Assembly: GCA_964057225.1 (NCBI GenBank)
Contig: OZ059900.1
Coordinates: forward strand, 23,932,001-23,996,000
Direction of reading: 5' to 3'
Length of the DNA stretch: 64,000 bases
Source of the DNA: Auanema rhodensis
Taxonomy: Eukaryota; Animalia; Nematoda
The position numbers and the translations under genes are program-made. Below the pieces are notes generated by a model. That model was not told the origin of the DNA. It was given only the letters and a program-made list of their open reading frames with translations, and searched no databases. The number at the start of each line of letters is the position of its first letter. Position 1 is the stretch's first letter. Positions 24,900 through 39,800 of the stretch are shown here, in pieces.

Positions 24900-27800
24900 A
24901 TATTAGCTATAAGGGGCGTGCCCTCAGAATATGCTAATTTCCTTAATTTTCTAACCCCTGTTTTTTTGTCGTGAAAGTGGAACTAGACGTTGTACGAACA
25001 ATTTTGAGCTAAGTTTCATTGACATTGCATGAGTTTGAACACATGAAATCGTAAGTCAAAACCTTGTTTACAGCGAAATTTCCAAAAACTGGTTTTCCAG
25101 CATGATAAAATATTTCTCATGGGAAATACTGTGTTTTTGTATTTTTCTAGTGTTCAGCATGTGAAATGCTTCATTTTAGTATGTAACACGCTGAAATTCG
25201 TTGCATTTGACGACTCATATGAACAAAAATCGATTTAATCAATATTAGCCATAAGGGGCGTGCCCTCAGAATATACTAATTTCCTTAATTTTCTAACCCC
25301 TGTTTTTTTTGTCGTGAAAGTGGAACTAGACGTTGTACAAACAATTTTGAGCTAGGTTTCATTGACATTGCATGAGTTTGAACACATGAAATCGTAAGTC
25401 AAAACCTTGTTTACAGCGAAATTTCCAAAAACTGGTTTTCCAGCATAATAAAATATTTCTCATGGGAAATACTGTGTTTTTGTTTTTTTCTAGTGTTCAG
25501 CATGTAAAATGCTTCATTTTAGTATGTAACACGCTGAAATTCGTTGCATTTGACGACTCATATGAACAAAAATCGATTTAATCAATATTAGCCATAAGGG
25601 GCGTGCCCTCAGAATATACTAATTTCCTTAATTTTCTAACCCCTGTTTTTTTGTCGTGAAAGTGGAACTAGACGTTGTACGAACAATTTTGAGCTAGGTT
25701 TCATTGACATTGCATGAGTTTGAACACATGAAATCGTAAGTCAAAACCTTGTTTACAGCGAAATTTCCAAAAACTGGTTTTCCAGCATAATAAAATATTT
25801 CTCATGGGAAATACTGTGTTTTTGTATTTTTCTAGTGTTCAGCATGTAAAATGCTTCATTTTAGTATGTAACACGCTGAAATTCGTTGCATTTGACGACT
25901 CATATGAACAAAAATCGATTTAATCAATATTAGCCATAAGGGGCGTGCCCTCAGAATATGCTAATTTCCTTAATTTTCTAACCCTTGTTTTTTTGTCGTG
26001 AAAGTGGAACTAGACGTTGTACAAACAATTTTGAGCTAGGTTTCATTGACATTGCATGAGTTTGAACACATGAAATCGTAAGTCAAAACCTTGTTTACAG
26101 CGAAATTTCCAAAAACTGGTTTTCCAGCATGATAAAATATTTCTCATGGGAAATACTGTGTTTTTGTATTTTTCTAGTGTTCAGCATGTGAAATGCTTCA
26201 TTTTAGTATGTAACACGCTGAAATTCGTTGCATTTGACGACTCATATGAACAAAAATCGATTTAATCAATATTAGCCATAAGGGGCGTGCCCTCAGAATA
26301 TGCTAATTTCCTTAATTTTCTAACCCCTGTTTTTTTGTCGTGAAAGTGGAACTAGACGTTGTACGAACAATTTTGAGCTAGGTTTCATTGACATTGCATG
26401 AGTTTGAACACATGAAATCGTAAGTCAAAACCTTGTTTACAGCGAAATTTCCAAAAACTGGTTTTCCAGCATAATAAAATATTTCTCATGGGAAATACTG
26501 TGTTTTTGTATTTTTCTAGTGTTCAGCATGTAAAATGCTTCATTTTAGTATGTAACACGCTGAAATTCGTTGCATTTGACGACTCATATGAACAAAAATC
26601 GATTTAATCATTATTAGCCATAAGGGGCGTGCCCTCAGAATATGCTAATTTCCTTAATTTTCTAACCCCTGTTTTTTTGTCGTGAAAGTGGAACTAGACG
26701 TTGTACGAACAATTTTGAGCTAGGTTTCATTGACATTGCATGAGTTTGAACACATGAAATCGTAAGTCAAAACCTTGTTTACAGCGAAATTTCCAAAAAC
26801 TGGTTTTCCAGCATAATAAAATATTTCTCATGGGAAATACTGTGTTTTTGTATTTTTCTAGTGTTCAGCATGTAAAATGCTTCATTTTAGTATGTAACAC
26901 GCTGAAATTCGTTGCATTTGACGACTCATATGAACAAAAATCGATTTAATCAATATTAGCCATAAGGGGCGTGCCCTCAGAATATGCTAATTTCCTTAAT
27001 TTTCTAACCCCTGTTTTTTTGTCGTGAAAGTGGAACTAGACGTTGTACGAACAATTTTGAGCTAAGTTTCATTGACATTGCATGAGTTTGAACACATGAA
27101 ATCGTAAGTCAAAACCTTGTTTACAGCGAAATTTCCAAAAACTGGTTTTCCAGCATAATAAAATATTTCTCATGGGAAATACTGTGTTTTTGTTTTTTTC
27201 TAGTGTTCAGCATGTAAAATGCTTCATTTTAGTATGTAACACGCAGAAATTCGTTGCATTTGACGACTCATATGAACAAAAATCGATTTAATCATTATTA
27301 GCCATAAGGGGCGTGCCCTCAGAATATGCTAATTTCCTTAATTTTCTAACCCCTGTTTTTTTGTCGTGAAAGTGGAACTAGACGTTGTACAAACAATTTT
27401 GAGCTAGGTTTCATTGACATTGCATGAGTTTGAACACATGAAATCGTAAGTCAAAACCTTGTTTACAGCGAAATTTCCAAAAACTGGTTTTCCAGCATAA
27501 TAAAATATTTCTCATGGGAAATACTGTGTTTTTGTATTTTTCTAGTGTTCAGCATGTAAAATGTTTCATTTTAGTATGTAACACGCTGAAATTCGTTGCA
27601 TTTGACGACTCATATGAACAAAAATCGATTTAATCAATATTAGCCATAAGGGGCGTGCCCTCAGAATATGCTAATTTCCTTAATTTTCTAACCCCTGTTT
27701 TTTTGTCGTGAAAGTGGAACTAGACGTTGTACGAACAATTTTGAGCTAGGTTTCATTGACATTGCATGAGTTTGAACACATGAAATCGTAAGTCAAAACC

Positions 27801-30800
27801 TTGTTTACAGCGAAATTTCCAAAAACTGGTTTTCCAGCATAATAAAATATTTCTCATGGGAAATACTGTGTTTTTGTATTTTTCTAGTGTTCAGCATGTA
27901 AAATGCTTCATTTTAGTATGTAACACGCTGAAATTCGTTGCATTTGACGACTCATATGAACAAAAATCGATTTAATCAATATTAGCCATAAGGGGCGTGC
28001 CCTCAGAATATGCTAATTTCCTTAATTTTCTAACCCCTGTTTTTTTGTCGTGAAAGTGGAACTAGACGTTGTACGAACAATTTTGAGCTAGGTTTCATTG
28101 ACATTGCATGAGTTTGAACACATGAAATCGAAAGTCAAAACCTTGTTTACAGCGAAATTTCCAAAAACTGGTTTTCCAGCATAATAAAATATTTCTCATG
28201 GGAAATACTGTGTTTTTGTATTTTTCTAGTGTTCAGCATGTAAAATGCTTCATTTTAGTATGTAACACGCTGAAATTCGTTGCATTTGACGACTCATATG
28301 AACAAAAATCGATTTAATCAATATTAGCTATAAGGGGCGTGCCCTCAGAATATGCTAATTTCCTTAATTTTCTAACCCCTGTTTTTTTGTCGTGAAAGTG
28401 GAACTAGACGTTGTACGAACAATTTTGAGCTAAGTTTCATTGACATTGCATGAGTTTGAACATATGAAATCGTAAGTCAAAACCTTGTTTACAGCGAAAT
28501 TTCCAAAAACTGGTTTTCCAGCATAATAAAATATTTCTCATGGGAAATACTGTGTTTTTGTATTTTTTTAGTGTTCAGCATGTAAAATGCTTCATTTTAG
28601 TATGTAACACGCTGAAATTCGTTGCATTTGACGACTCATATGAACAAAAATCGATTTAATCAATATTAGCCATAAGGGGCGTGCCCTCAGAATATGCTAA
28701 TTTCCTTAATTTTCTAACCCCTGTTTTTTTGTCGTGAAAGTGGAACTAGACGTTGTACGAACAATTTTGAGCTAGGTTTCATTGACATTGCATGAGTTTG
28801 AACACATGAAATCGTAAGTCAAAACCTTGTTTACAGCGAAATTTCCAAAAACTGGTTTTCCAGCATAATAAAATATTTCTCATGGGAAATACTGTGTTTT
28901 TGTATTTTTCTAGTGTTCAGCATGTAAAATGCTTCATTTTAGTATGTAACACGCTGAAATTCGTTGCATTTGACCACTCATATGAACAAAAATCGATTTA
29001 ATCAATATTAGCCATAAGGGGCGTGCCCTCAGAATATGCTAATTTCCTTAATTTTCTAACCCCTGTTTTTTTGTCGTGAAAGTGGAACTAGACGTTGTAC
29101 GAACAATTTTGAGCTAGGTTTCATTGACATTGCATGAGTTTGAACACATGAAATCGTAAGTCAAAACCTTGTTTACAGCGAAATTTCCAAAAACTGGTTT
29201 TCCAGCATAATAAAATATTTTTCATGAGAAATACTGTGTTTTTGTATTTTTCTAGTGTTCAGCATGTAAAATGCTTCATTTTAGTATGTAACACGCTGAA
29301 ATTCGTTGCATTTGACGACTCATATGAACAAAAATCGAATTAATCAATATTAGCCATAAGGGGCGTGCCCTCAGAATATGCTAATTTCCTTAATTTTCTA
29401 ACCCCTGTTTTTTTGTCGTGAAAGTGGAACTAGACGTTGTACAAACAATTTTGAGCAAGGTTTCATTGACATTGCATGAATTTGAACACATGAAATCGTA
29501 AGTCAAAACCTTGTTTACAGCGAAATTTCCAAAAACTGGTTTTCCAGCATAATAAAATATTTCTCATGGGAAATACTGTGTTTTTGTATTTTTCTAGTGT
29601 TCAGCATGTAAAATGCTTCTTTTTGGTATGTAACACGCTGAAATTCGTTGCATTTGACGACTCATATGAACAAAAATCGATTTAATCAATATTAGCCATA
29701 AGGGGCGTGCCCTCAGAATATGCTAATTTCCTTAATTTTCTAACCCCTGTTTTTTTGTCGTGAAAGTGGAACTAGACGTTGTACGAACAATTTTGAGCTA
29801 GGTTTCATTGACATTGCATGAGTTTGAACACATGAAATCGTAAGTCAAAACCTTGTTTACAGCGAAATTTCCAAAAACTGGTTTTCCAGCATAATAAAAT
29901 ATTTCTCATGGGAAATACTGTGTTTTTGTATTTTTCTAGTGTTCAGCATGTAAAATGCTTCATTTTAGTATGTAACACGCTGAAATTCGTTGCATTTGAC
30001 GACTCATATGAACAAAAATCGATTTAATCAATATTAGCCATAAGGGGCGTGCCCTCAGAATATGCTAATTTCCTTAATTTTCTAACCCCTGTTTTTTTGT
30101 CGTGAAAGTGGAACTAGGCGTTGTACGAACAATTTTGAGCTAGGTTTCATTGACATTGCATGAGTTTGAACACATGAAATCGTAAGTGAAAACCTTGTTT
30201 ACAGCGAAATTTCCAAAAACTGGTTTTCCAGCATAATAAAATATTTCTCATGGGAAATACTGTGTTTTTGTATTTTTCTAGTGTTCAGCATGTAAAATGC
30301 TTCATTTTAGTATGTAACACGCTGAAATTCGTTGCATTTGACGACTCATATGAACAAAAATCGATTTAATCAATATTAGCCATAAGGGGCGTGCCCTCAG
30401 AATATGCTAATTTCCTTAATTTTCTAACCCCTGTTTTTTTGTCGTTAAAGTGGAACTAGACGTTGTACGAACAATTTTGAGCTAGGTTTCATTGACATTG
30501 CATGAGTTTGAACACATGAAATCGTAAGTCAAAACCTTGTTTACAGCGAAATTTCCAAAAACTGGTTTTCCAGCATAATAAAATATTTCTCATGGGAAAT
30601 ACTGTGTTTTTGTATTTTTCTAGTGTTCAGCATGTAAAATGCTTCGTTTTAGTATGTAACACGCTGAAATTCGTTGCATTTGACGACTCATATGAACAAA
30701 AATCGATTTAATCAATATTAGCCATAAGGGGCGTGCCCTCAGAATATGCTAATTTCCTTAATTTTCTAACCCCTGTTTTTTTGTCGTGAAAGTGGAACTA

Positions 30801-33800
30801 GGCGTTGTACGAACAATTTTGAGCTAGGTTTCATTGACATTGCATGAGTTTGAACACATGAAATCGTAAGTGAAAACCTTGTTTACAGCGAAATTTCCAA
30901 AAACTGGTTTTCCAGCATAATAAAATATTTCTCATGGGAAATACTGTGTTTTTGTATTTTTCTAGTGTTCAGCATGTAAAATGCTTCATTTTAGTATGTA
31001 ACACGCTGAAATTCGTTGCATTTGACGACTCATATGAACAAAAATCGATTTAATCAATATTAGCCATAAGGGGCGTGCCCTCAGAATATGCTAACTTCCT
31101 TAATTTTCTAACCCCTGTTTTTTTGTCGTGAAAGTGGAACTAGACGTTGTACGAACAATTTTGAGCTAGGTTTCATTGACATTGCATGAGTTTGAACACA
31201 TGAAATCGTAAGTCAAAACCTTGTTTACAGCGAAATTTCCAAAAACTGGTTTTCCAGCATAATAAAATATTTCTCATGGGAAATACTGTGTTTTTGTTTT
31301 TTTCTAGTGTTCAGCATGTAAAATGCTTAATTTTAGTATGTAACACGCTGAAATTCGTTGCATTTGACGACTCATATGAACAAAAATCGATTTAATCAAT
31401 ATTAGCCATAAGGGGCGTGCCCTCAGAATATGCTAATTTCCTTAATTTTCTAACCCCTGTTTTTTTGTCGTTAAAGTGGAACTAGACGTTGTACGAACAA
31501 TTTTGAGCTAGGTTTCATTGACATTGCATGAGTTTGAACACATGAAATCGTAAGTCAAAACCTTGTTTACAGCGAAATTTCCAAAAACTGGTTTTCCAGC
31601 ATAATAAAATATTTCTCATGGGAAATACTGTGTTTTTGTATTTTTCTAGTGTTCAGCATGTAAAATGCTTAATTTTAGTATGTAACACGCTGAAATTCGT
31701 TGCATTTGACGACTCATATGAACAAAAATCGATTTAATCAATATTAGCCATAAGGGGCGTGCCCTCAGAATATGCTAATTTCCTTAATTTTCTAACCCCT
31801 GTTTTTTTGTCGTGAAAGTGGAACTAGACGTTGTACGAACAATTTTGAGCTAGGTTTCATTGACATTGCATGAGTTTGAACACATGAAATCGTAAGTCAA
31901 AACCTTGTTTACAGCGAAATTTCCAAAAACTGGTTTTCCAGCATAATAAAATATTTCTCATGGGAAATACTGTGTTTTTGTTTTTTTCTAGTGTTCAGCA
32001 TGTAAAATGCTTAATTTTAGTATGTAACACGCTGAAATTCGTTGCATTTGACGACTCATATGAACAAAAATCGATTTAATCAATATTAGCCATAAGGGGC
32101 GTGCCCTCAGAATATGCTAATTTCCTTAATTTTCTAACCCCTGTTTTTTTGTCGTTAAAGTGGAACTAGACGTTGTACGAACAATTTTGAGCTAGGTTTC
32201 ATTGACATTGCATGAGTTTGAACACATGAAATCGTAAGTCAAAACCTTGTTTACAGCGAAATTTCCAAAAACTGGTTTTCCAGCATAATAAAATATTTCT
32301 CATGGGAAATACTGTGTTTTTGTATTTTTCTAGTGTTCAGCATGTAAAATGTTTCATTTTAGTATGTAACACGCTGAAATTCGTTGCATTTGACGACTCA
32401 TATGAACAAAAATCGATTTAATCATTATTAGCCATAAGGGGCGTGCCCTCAGAATATGCTAATTTCCTTAATTTTCTAACCCCTGTTTTTTTGTCGTGAA
32501 AGTGGAACTAGACGTTGTACGAACAATTTTGAGCTAGGTTTCATTGACATTGCATGAGTTTGAACACATGAAATCGTAAGTCAAAACCTTGTTTACAGCG
32601 AAATTTCCAAAAACTGGTTTTCCAGCATAATAAAATATTTCTCATGGGAAATACTGTGTTTTTGTATTTTTCTAGTGTTCAGCATGTAAAATGCTTCATT
32701 TTAGTATGTAACACGCTGAAATTCGTTGCATTTGACGACTCATATGAACAAAAATCGATTTAATCATTATTAGCCATAAGGGGCGTGCCCTCAGAATATG
32801 CTAATTTCCTTAATTTTCTAACCCCTGTTTTTTTGTCGTGAAAGTGGAACTAGACGTTGTACGAACAATTTTGAGCTAGGTTTCATTGACATTGCATGAG
32901 TTTGAACACATGAAATCGTAAGTCAAAACCTTGTTTACAGCGAAATTTCCAAAAACTGGTTTTCCAGCATAATAAAATATTTCTCATGGGAAATACTGTG
33001 TTTTTGTATTTTTCTAGTGTTCAGCATGTAAAATGTTTCATTTTAGTATGTAACACGCTGAAATTCGTTGCATTTGACGACTCATATGAACAAAAATCGA
33101 TTTAATCAATATTAGCCATAAGGGGCGTGCCCTCAGAATATGCTAATTTCCTTAATTTTCTAACCCCTGTTTTTTTGTCGTGAAAGTGGAACTAGACGTT
33201 GTACGAACAATTTTGAGCTAGGTTTCATTGACATTGCATGAGTTTGAACACATGAAATCGTAAGTGAAAACCTTGTTTACAGCGAAATTTCCAAAAACTG
33301 GTTTTCCAGCATAATAAAATATTTCTCATGGGAAATACTGTGTTTTTGTATTTTTCTAGTGTTCAGCATGTAAAATGCTTAATTTTAGTATGTAACACGC
33401 TGAAATTCGTTGCATTTGACGACTCATATGAACAAAAATCGATTTAATCAATATTAGCCATAAGGGGCGTGCCCTCAGAATATGCTAATTTCCTTAATTT
33501 TCTAACCCCTGTTTTTTTGTCGTGAAAGTGGAACTAGACGTTGTACGAACAATTTTGAGCTAGGTTTCATTGACATTGCATGAGTTTGAACACATGAAAT
33601 CGTAAGTCAAAACCTTGTTTACAGCGAAATTTCCAAAAACTGGTTTTCCAGCATAATAAAATATTTCTCATGGGAAATACTGTGTTTTTGTATTTTTCTA
33701 GTGTTCAGCATGTAAAATGCTTCATTTTAGTATGTAACACGCTGAAATTCGTTGCATTTGACGACTCATATGAACAAAAATCGATTTAATCAATATTAGC

Positions 33801-36800
33801 TATAAGGGGCGTGCCCTCAGAATATGCTAATTTCCTTAATTTTCTAACCCCTGTTTTTTTGTCGTGAAAGTGGAACTAGACGTTGTACGAACAATTTTGA
33901 GCTAAGTTTCATTGACATTGCATGAGTTTGACACATGAAATCGTAAGTCAAAACCTTGTTTACAGCGAAATTTCCAAAAACTGGTTTTCCAGCATGATAA
34001 AATATTTCTCATGGGAAATACTGTGTTTTTGTATTTTTCTAGTGTTCAGCATGTGAAATGCTTCATTTTAGTATGTAACACGCTGAAATTCGTTGCATTT
34101 GACGACTCATATGAACAAAAATCGATTTAATCAATATTAGCCATAAGGGGCGTGCCCTCAGAATATACTAATTTCCTTAATTTTCTAACCCCTGTTTTTT
34201 TTGTCGTGAAAGTGGAACTAGACGCTGTACAAACAATTTTGAGCTAGGTTTCATTGACATTGCATGAGTTTGAACACATGAAATCGTAAGTCAAAACCTT
34301 GTTTACAGCGAAATTTCCAAAAACTGGTTTTCCAGCATAATAAAATATTTCTCATGGGAAATACTGTGTTTTTGTTTTTTTCTAGTGTTCAGCATGTAAA
34401 ATGCTTCATTTTAGTATGTAACACGCTGAAATTCGTTGCATTTGACGACTCATATGAACAAAAATCGATTTAATCAATATTAGCCATAAGGGGCGTGCCC
34501 TCAGAATATACTAATTTCCTTAATTTTCTAACCCCTGTTTTTTTGTCGTGAAAGTGGAACTAGACGTTGTACGAACAATTTTGAGCTAGGTTTCATTGAC
34601 ATTGCATGAGTTTGAACACATGAAATCGTAAGTCAAAACCTTGTTTACAGCGAAATTTCCAAAAACTGGTTTTCCAGCATAATAAAATATTTCTCATGGG
34701 AAATACTGTGTTTTTGTATTTTTCTAGTGTTCAGCATGTAAAATGCTTCATTTTAGTATGTAACACGCTGAAATTCGTTGCATTTGACGACTCATATGAA
34801 CAAAAATCGATTTAATCAATATTAGCCATAAGGGGCGTGCCCTCAGAATATGCTAATTTCCTTAATTTTCTAACCCTTGTTTTTTTGTCGTGAAAGTGGA
34901 ACTAGACGTTGTACAAACAATTTTGAGCTAGGTTTCATTGACATTGCATGAGTTTGAACACATGAAATCGTAAGTCAAAACCTTGTTTACAGCGAAATTT
35001 CCAAAAACTGGTTTTCCAGCATGATAAAATATTTCTCATGGGAAATACTGTGTTTTTGTATTTTTCTAGTGTTCAGCATGTGAAATGCTTCATTTTAGTA
35101 TGTAACACGCTGAAATTCGTTGCATTTGACGACTCATATGAACAAAAATCGATTTAATCAATATTAGCCATAAGGGGCGTGCCCTCAGAATATACTAATT
35201 TCCTTAATTTTCTAACCCCTGTTTTTTTTGTCGTGAAAGTGGAACTAGACGTTGTACAAACAATTTTGAGCTAGGTTTCATTGACATTGCATGAGTTTGA
35301 ACACATGAAATCGTAAGTCAAAACCTTGTTTACAGCGAAATTTCCAAAAACTGGTTTTCCAGCATAATAAAATATTTCTCATGGGAAATACTGTGTTTTT
35401 GTATTTTTCTAGTGTTCAGCATGTAAAATGCTTCATTTTAGTATGTAACACGCTGAAATTCGTTGCATTTGACGACTCATATGAACAAAAATCGATTTAA
35501 TCATTATTAGCCATAAGGGGCGTGCCCTCAGAATATGCTAATTTCCTTAATTTTCTAACCCCTGTTTTTTTGTCGTGAAAGTGGAACTAGACGTTGTACG
35601 AACAATTTTGAGCTAGGTTTCATTGACATTGCATGAGTTTGAACACATGAAATCGTAAGTCAAAACCTTGTTTACAGCGAAATTTCCAAAAACTGGTTTT
35701 CCAGCATAATAAAATATTTCTCATGGGAAATACTGTGTTTTTGTATTTTTCTAGTGTTCAGCATGTAAAATGCTTCATTTTAGTATGTAACACGCTGAAA
35801 TTCGTTGCATTTGACGACTCATATGAACAAAAATCGATTTAATCAATATTAGCCATAAGGGGCGTGCCCTCAGAATATGCTAATTTCCTTAATTTTCTAA
35901 CCCCTGTTTTTTTGTCGTGAAAGTGGAACTAGACGTTGTACGAACAATTTTGAGCTAAGTTTCATTGACATTGCATGAGTTTGAACACATGAAATCGTAA
36001 GTCAAAACCTTGTTTACAGCGAAATTTCCAAAAACTGGTTTTCCAGCATAATAAAATATTTCTCATGGGAAATACTGTGTTTTTGTTTTTTTCTAGTGTT
36101 CAGCATGTAAAATGCTTCATTTTAGTATGTAACACGCAGAAATTCGTTGCATTTGACGACTCATATGAACAAAAATCGATTTAATCATTATTAGCCATAA
36201 GGGGCGTGCCCTCAGAATATGCTAATTTCCTTAATTTTCTAACCCCTGTTTTTTTGTCGTGAAAGTGGAACTAGACGTTGTACGAACAATTTTGAGCTAG
36301 GTTTCATTGACATTGCATGAGTTTGAACACATGAAATCGTAAGTCAAAACCTTGTTTACAGCGAAATTTCCAAAAACTGGTTTTCCAGCATAATAAAATA
36401 TTTCTCATGGGAAATACTGTGTTTTTGTATTTTTCTAGTGTTCAGCATGTAAAATGTTTCATTTTAGTATGTAACACGCTGAAATTCGTTGCATTTGACG
36501 ACTCATATGAACAAAAATCGATTTAATCAATATTAGCCATAAGGGGCGTGCCCTCAGAATATGCTAATTTCCTTAATTTTCTAACCCCTGTTTTTTTGTC
36601 GTGAAAGTGGAACTAGACGTTGTACGAACAATTTTGAGCTAGGTTTCATTGACATTGCATGAGTTTGAACACATGAAATCGTAAGTCAAAACCTTGTTTA
36701 CAGCGAAATTTCCAAAAACTGGTTTTCCAGCATAATAAAATATTTCTCATGGGAAATACTGTGTTTTTGTATTTTTCTAGTGTTCAGCATGTAAAATGCT

Positions 36801-39800
36801 TCATTTTAGTATGTAACACGCTGAAATTCGTTGCATTTGACGACTCATATGAACAAAAATCGATTTAATCAATATTAGCCATAAGGGGCGTGCCCTCAGA
36901 ATATGCTAATTTCCTTAATTTTCTAACCCCTGTTTTTTTGTCGTGAAAGTGGAACTAGACGTTGTACGAACAATTTTGAGCTAGGTTTCATTGACATTGC
37001 ATGAGTTTGAACACATGAAATCGTAAGTCAAAACCTTGTTTACAGCGAAATTTCCAAAAACTGGTTTTCCAGCATAATAAAATATTTCTCATGGGAAATA
37101 CTGTGTTTTTGTATTTTTCTAGTGTTCAGCATGTAAAATGCTTCATTTTAGTATGTAACACGCTGAAATTCGTTGCATTTGACGACTCATATGAACAAAA
37201 ATCGATTTAATCAATATTAGCTATAAGGGGCGTGCCCTCAGAATATGCTAATTTCCTTAATTTTCTAACCCCTGTTTTTTTGTCGTGAAAGTGGAACTAG
37301 ACGTTGTACGAACAATTTTGAGCTAAGTTTCATTGACATTGCATGAGTTTGAACATATGAAATCGTAAGTCAAAACCTTGTTTACAGCGAAATTTCCAAA
37401 AACAGGTTTTCCAGCATAATAAAATATTTCTCATGGGAAATACTGTGTTTTTGTATTTTTTTAGTGTTCAGCATGTAAAATGCTTCATTTTAGTATGTAA
37501 CACGCTGAAATTCGTTGCATTTGACGACTCATATGAACAAAAATCGATTTAATCAATATTAGCCATAAGGGGCGTGCCCTCAGAATATGCTAATTTCCTT
37601 AATTTTCTAACCCCTGTTTTTTTGTCGTGAAAGTGGAACTAGACGTTGTACGAACAATTTTGAGCTAGGTTTCATTGACATTGCATGAGTTTGAACACAT
37701 GAAATCGTAAGTCAAAACCTTGTTTACAGCGAAATTTCCAAAAACTGGTTTTCCAGCATAATAAAATATTTCTCATGGGAAATACTGTGTTTTTGTATTT
37801 TTCTAGTGTTCAGCATGTAAAATGCTTCATTTTAGTATGTAACACGCTGAAATTCGTTGCATTTGACGACTCATATGAACAAAAATCGATTTAATCAATA
37901 TTAGCCATAAGGGGCGTGCCCTCAGAATATGCTAATTTCCTTAATTTTCTAACCCCTGTTTTTTTGTCGTGAAAGTGGAACTAGACGTTGTACGAACAAT
38001 TTTGAGCTAGGTTTCATTGACATTGCATGAGTTTGAACACATGAAATCGTAAGTCAAAACCTTGTTTACAGCGAAATTTCCAAAAACTGGTTTTCCAGCA
38101 TAATAAAATATTTTTCATGAGAAATACTGTGTTTTTGTATTTTTCTAGTGTTCAGCATGTAAAATGCTTCATTTTAGTATGTAACACGCTGAAATTCGTT
38201 GCATTTGACGACTCATATGAACAAAAATCGAATTAATCAATATTAGCCATAAGGGGCGTGCCCTCAGAATATGCTAATTTCCTTAATTTTCTAACCCCTG
38301 TTTTTTTGTCGTGAAAGTGGAACTAGACGTTGTACAAACAATTTTGAGCAAGGTTTCATTGACATTGCATGAATTTGAACACATGAAATCGTAAGTCAAA
38401 ACCTTGTTTACAGCGAAATTTCCAAAAACTGGTTTTCCAGCATAATAAAATATTTCTCATGGGAAATACTGTGTTTTTGTATTTTTCTAGTGTTCAGCAT
38501 GTAAAATGCTTCATTTTGGTATGTAACACGCTGAAATTCGTTGCATTTGACGACTCATATGAACAAAAATCGATTTAATCAATATTAGCCATAAGGGGCG
38601 TGCCCTCAGAATATGCTAATTTCCTTAATTTTCTAACCCCTGTTTTTTTGTCGTGAAAGTGGAACTAGACGTTGTACGAACAATTTTGAGCTAGGTTTCA
38701 TTGACATTGCATGAGTTTGAACACATGAAATCGTAAGTCAAAACCTTGTTTACAGCGAAATTTCCAAAAACTGGTTTTCCAGCATAATAAAATATTTCTC
38801 ATGGGAAATACTGTGTTTTTGTATTTTTCTAGTGTTCAGCATGTAAAATGCTTCATTTTAGTATGTAACACGCTGAAATTCGTTGCATTTGACGACTCAT
38901 ATGAACAAAAATCGATTTAATCAATATTAGCCATAAGGGGCGTGCCCTCAGAATATGCTAATTTCCTTAATTTTCTAACCCCTGTTTTTTTGTCGTGAAA
39001 GTGGAACTAGGCGTTGTACGAACAATTTTGAGCTAGGTTTCATTGACATTGCATGAGTTTGAACACATGAAATCGTAAGTGAAAACCTTGTTTACAGCGA
39101 AATTTCCAAAAACTGGTTTTCCAGCATAATAAAATATTTCTCATGGGAAATACTGTGTTTTTGTATTTTTCTAGTGTTCAGCATGTAAAATGCTTCATTT
39201 TAGTATGTAACACGCTGAAATTCGTTGCATTTGACGACTCATATGAACAAAAATCGATTTAATCAATATTAGCCATAAGGGGCGTGCCCTCAGAATATGC
39301 TAACTTCCTTAATTTTCTAACCCCTGTTTTTTTGTCGTGAAAGTGGAACTAGACGTTGTACGAACAATTTTGAGCTAGGTTTCATTGACATTGCATGAGT
39401 TTGAACACATGAAATCGTAAGTCAAAACCTTGTTTACAGCGAAATTTCCAAAAACTGGTTTTCCAGCATAATAAAATATTTCTCATGGGAAATACTGTGT
39501 TTTTGTTTTTTTCTAGTGTTCAGCATGTAAAATGCTTAATTTTAGTATGTAACACGCTGAAATTCGTTGCATTTGACGACTCATATGAACAAAAATCGAT
39601 TTAATCAATATTAGCCATAAGGGGCGTGCCCTCAGAATATGCTAATTTCCTTAATTTTCTAACCCCTGTTTTTTTGTCGTTAAAGTGGAACTAGACGTTG
39701 TACGAACAATTTTGAGCTAGGTTTCATTGACATTGCATGAGTTTGAACACATGAAATCGTAAGTCAAAACCTTGTTTACAGCGAAATTTCCAAAAACTGG

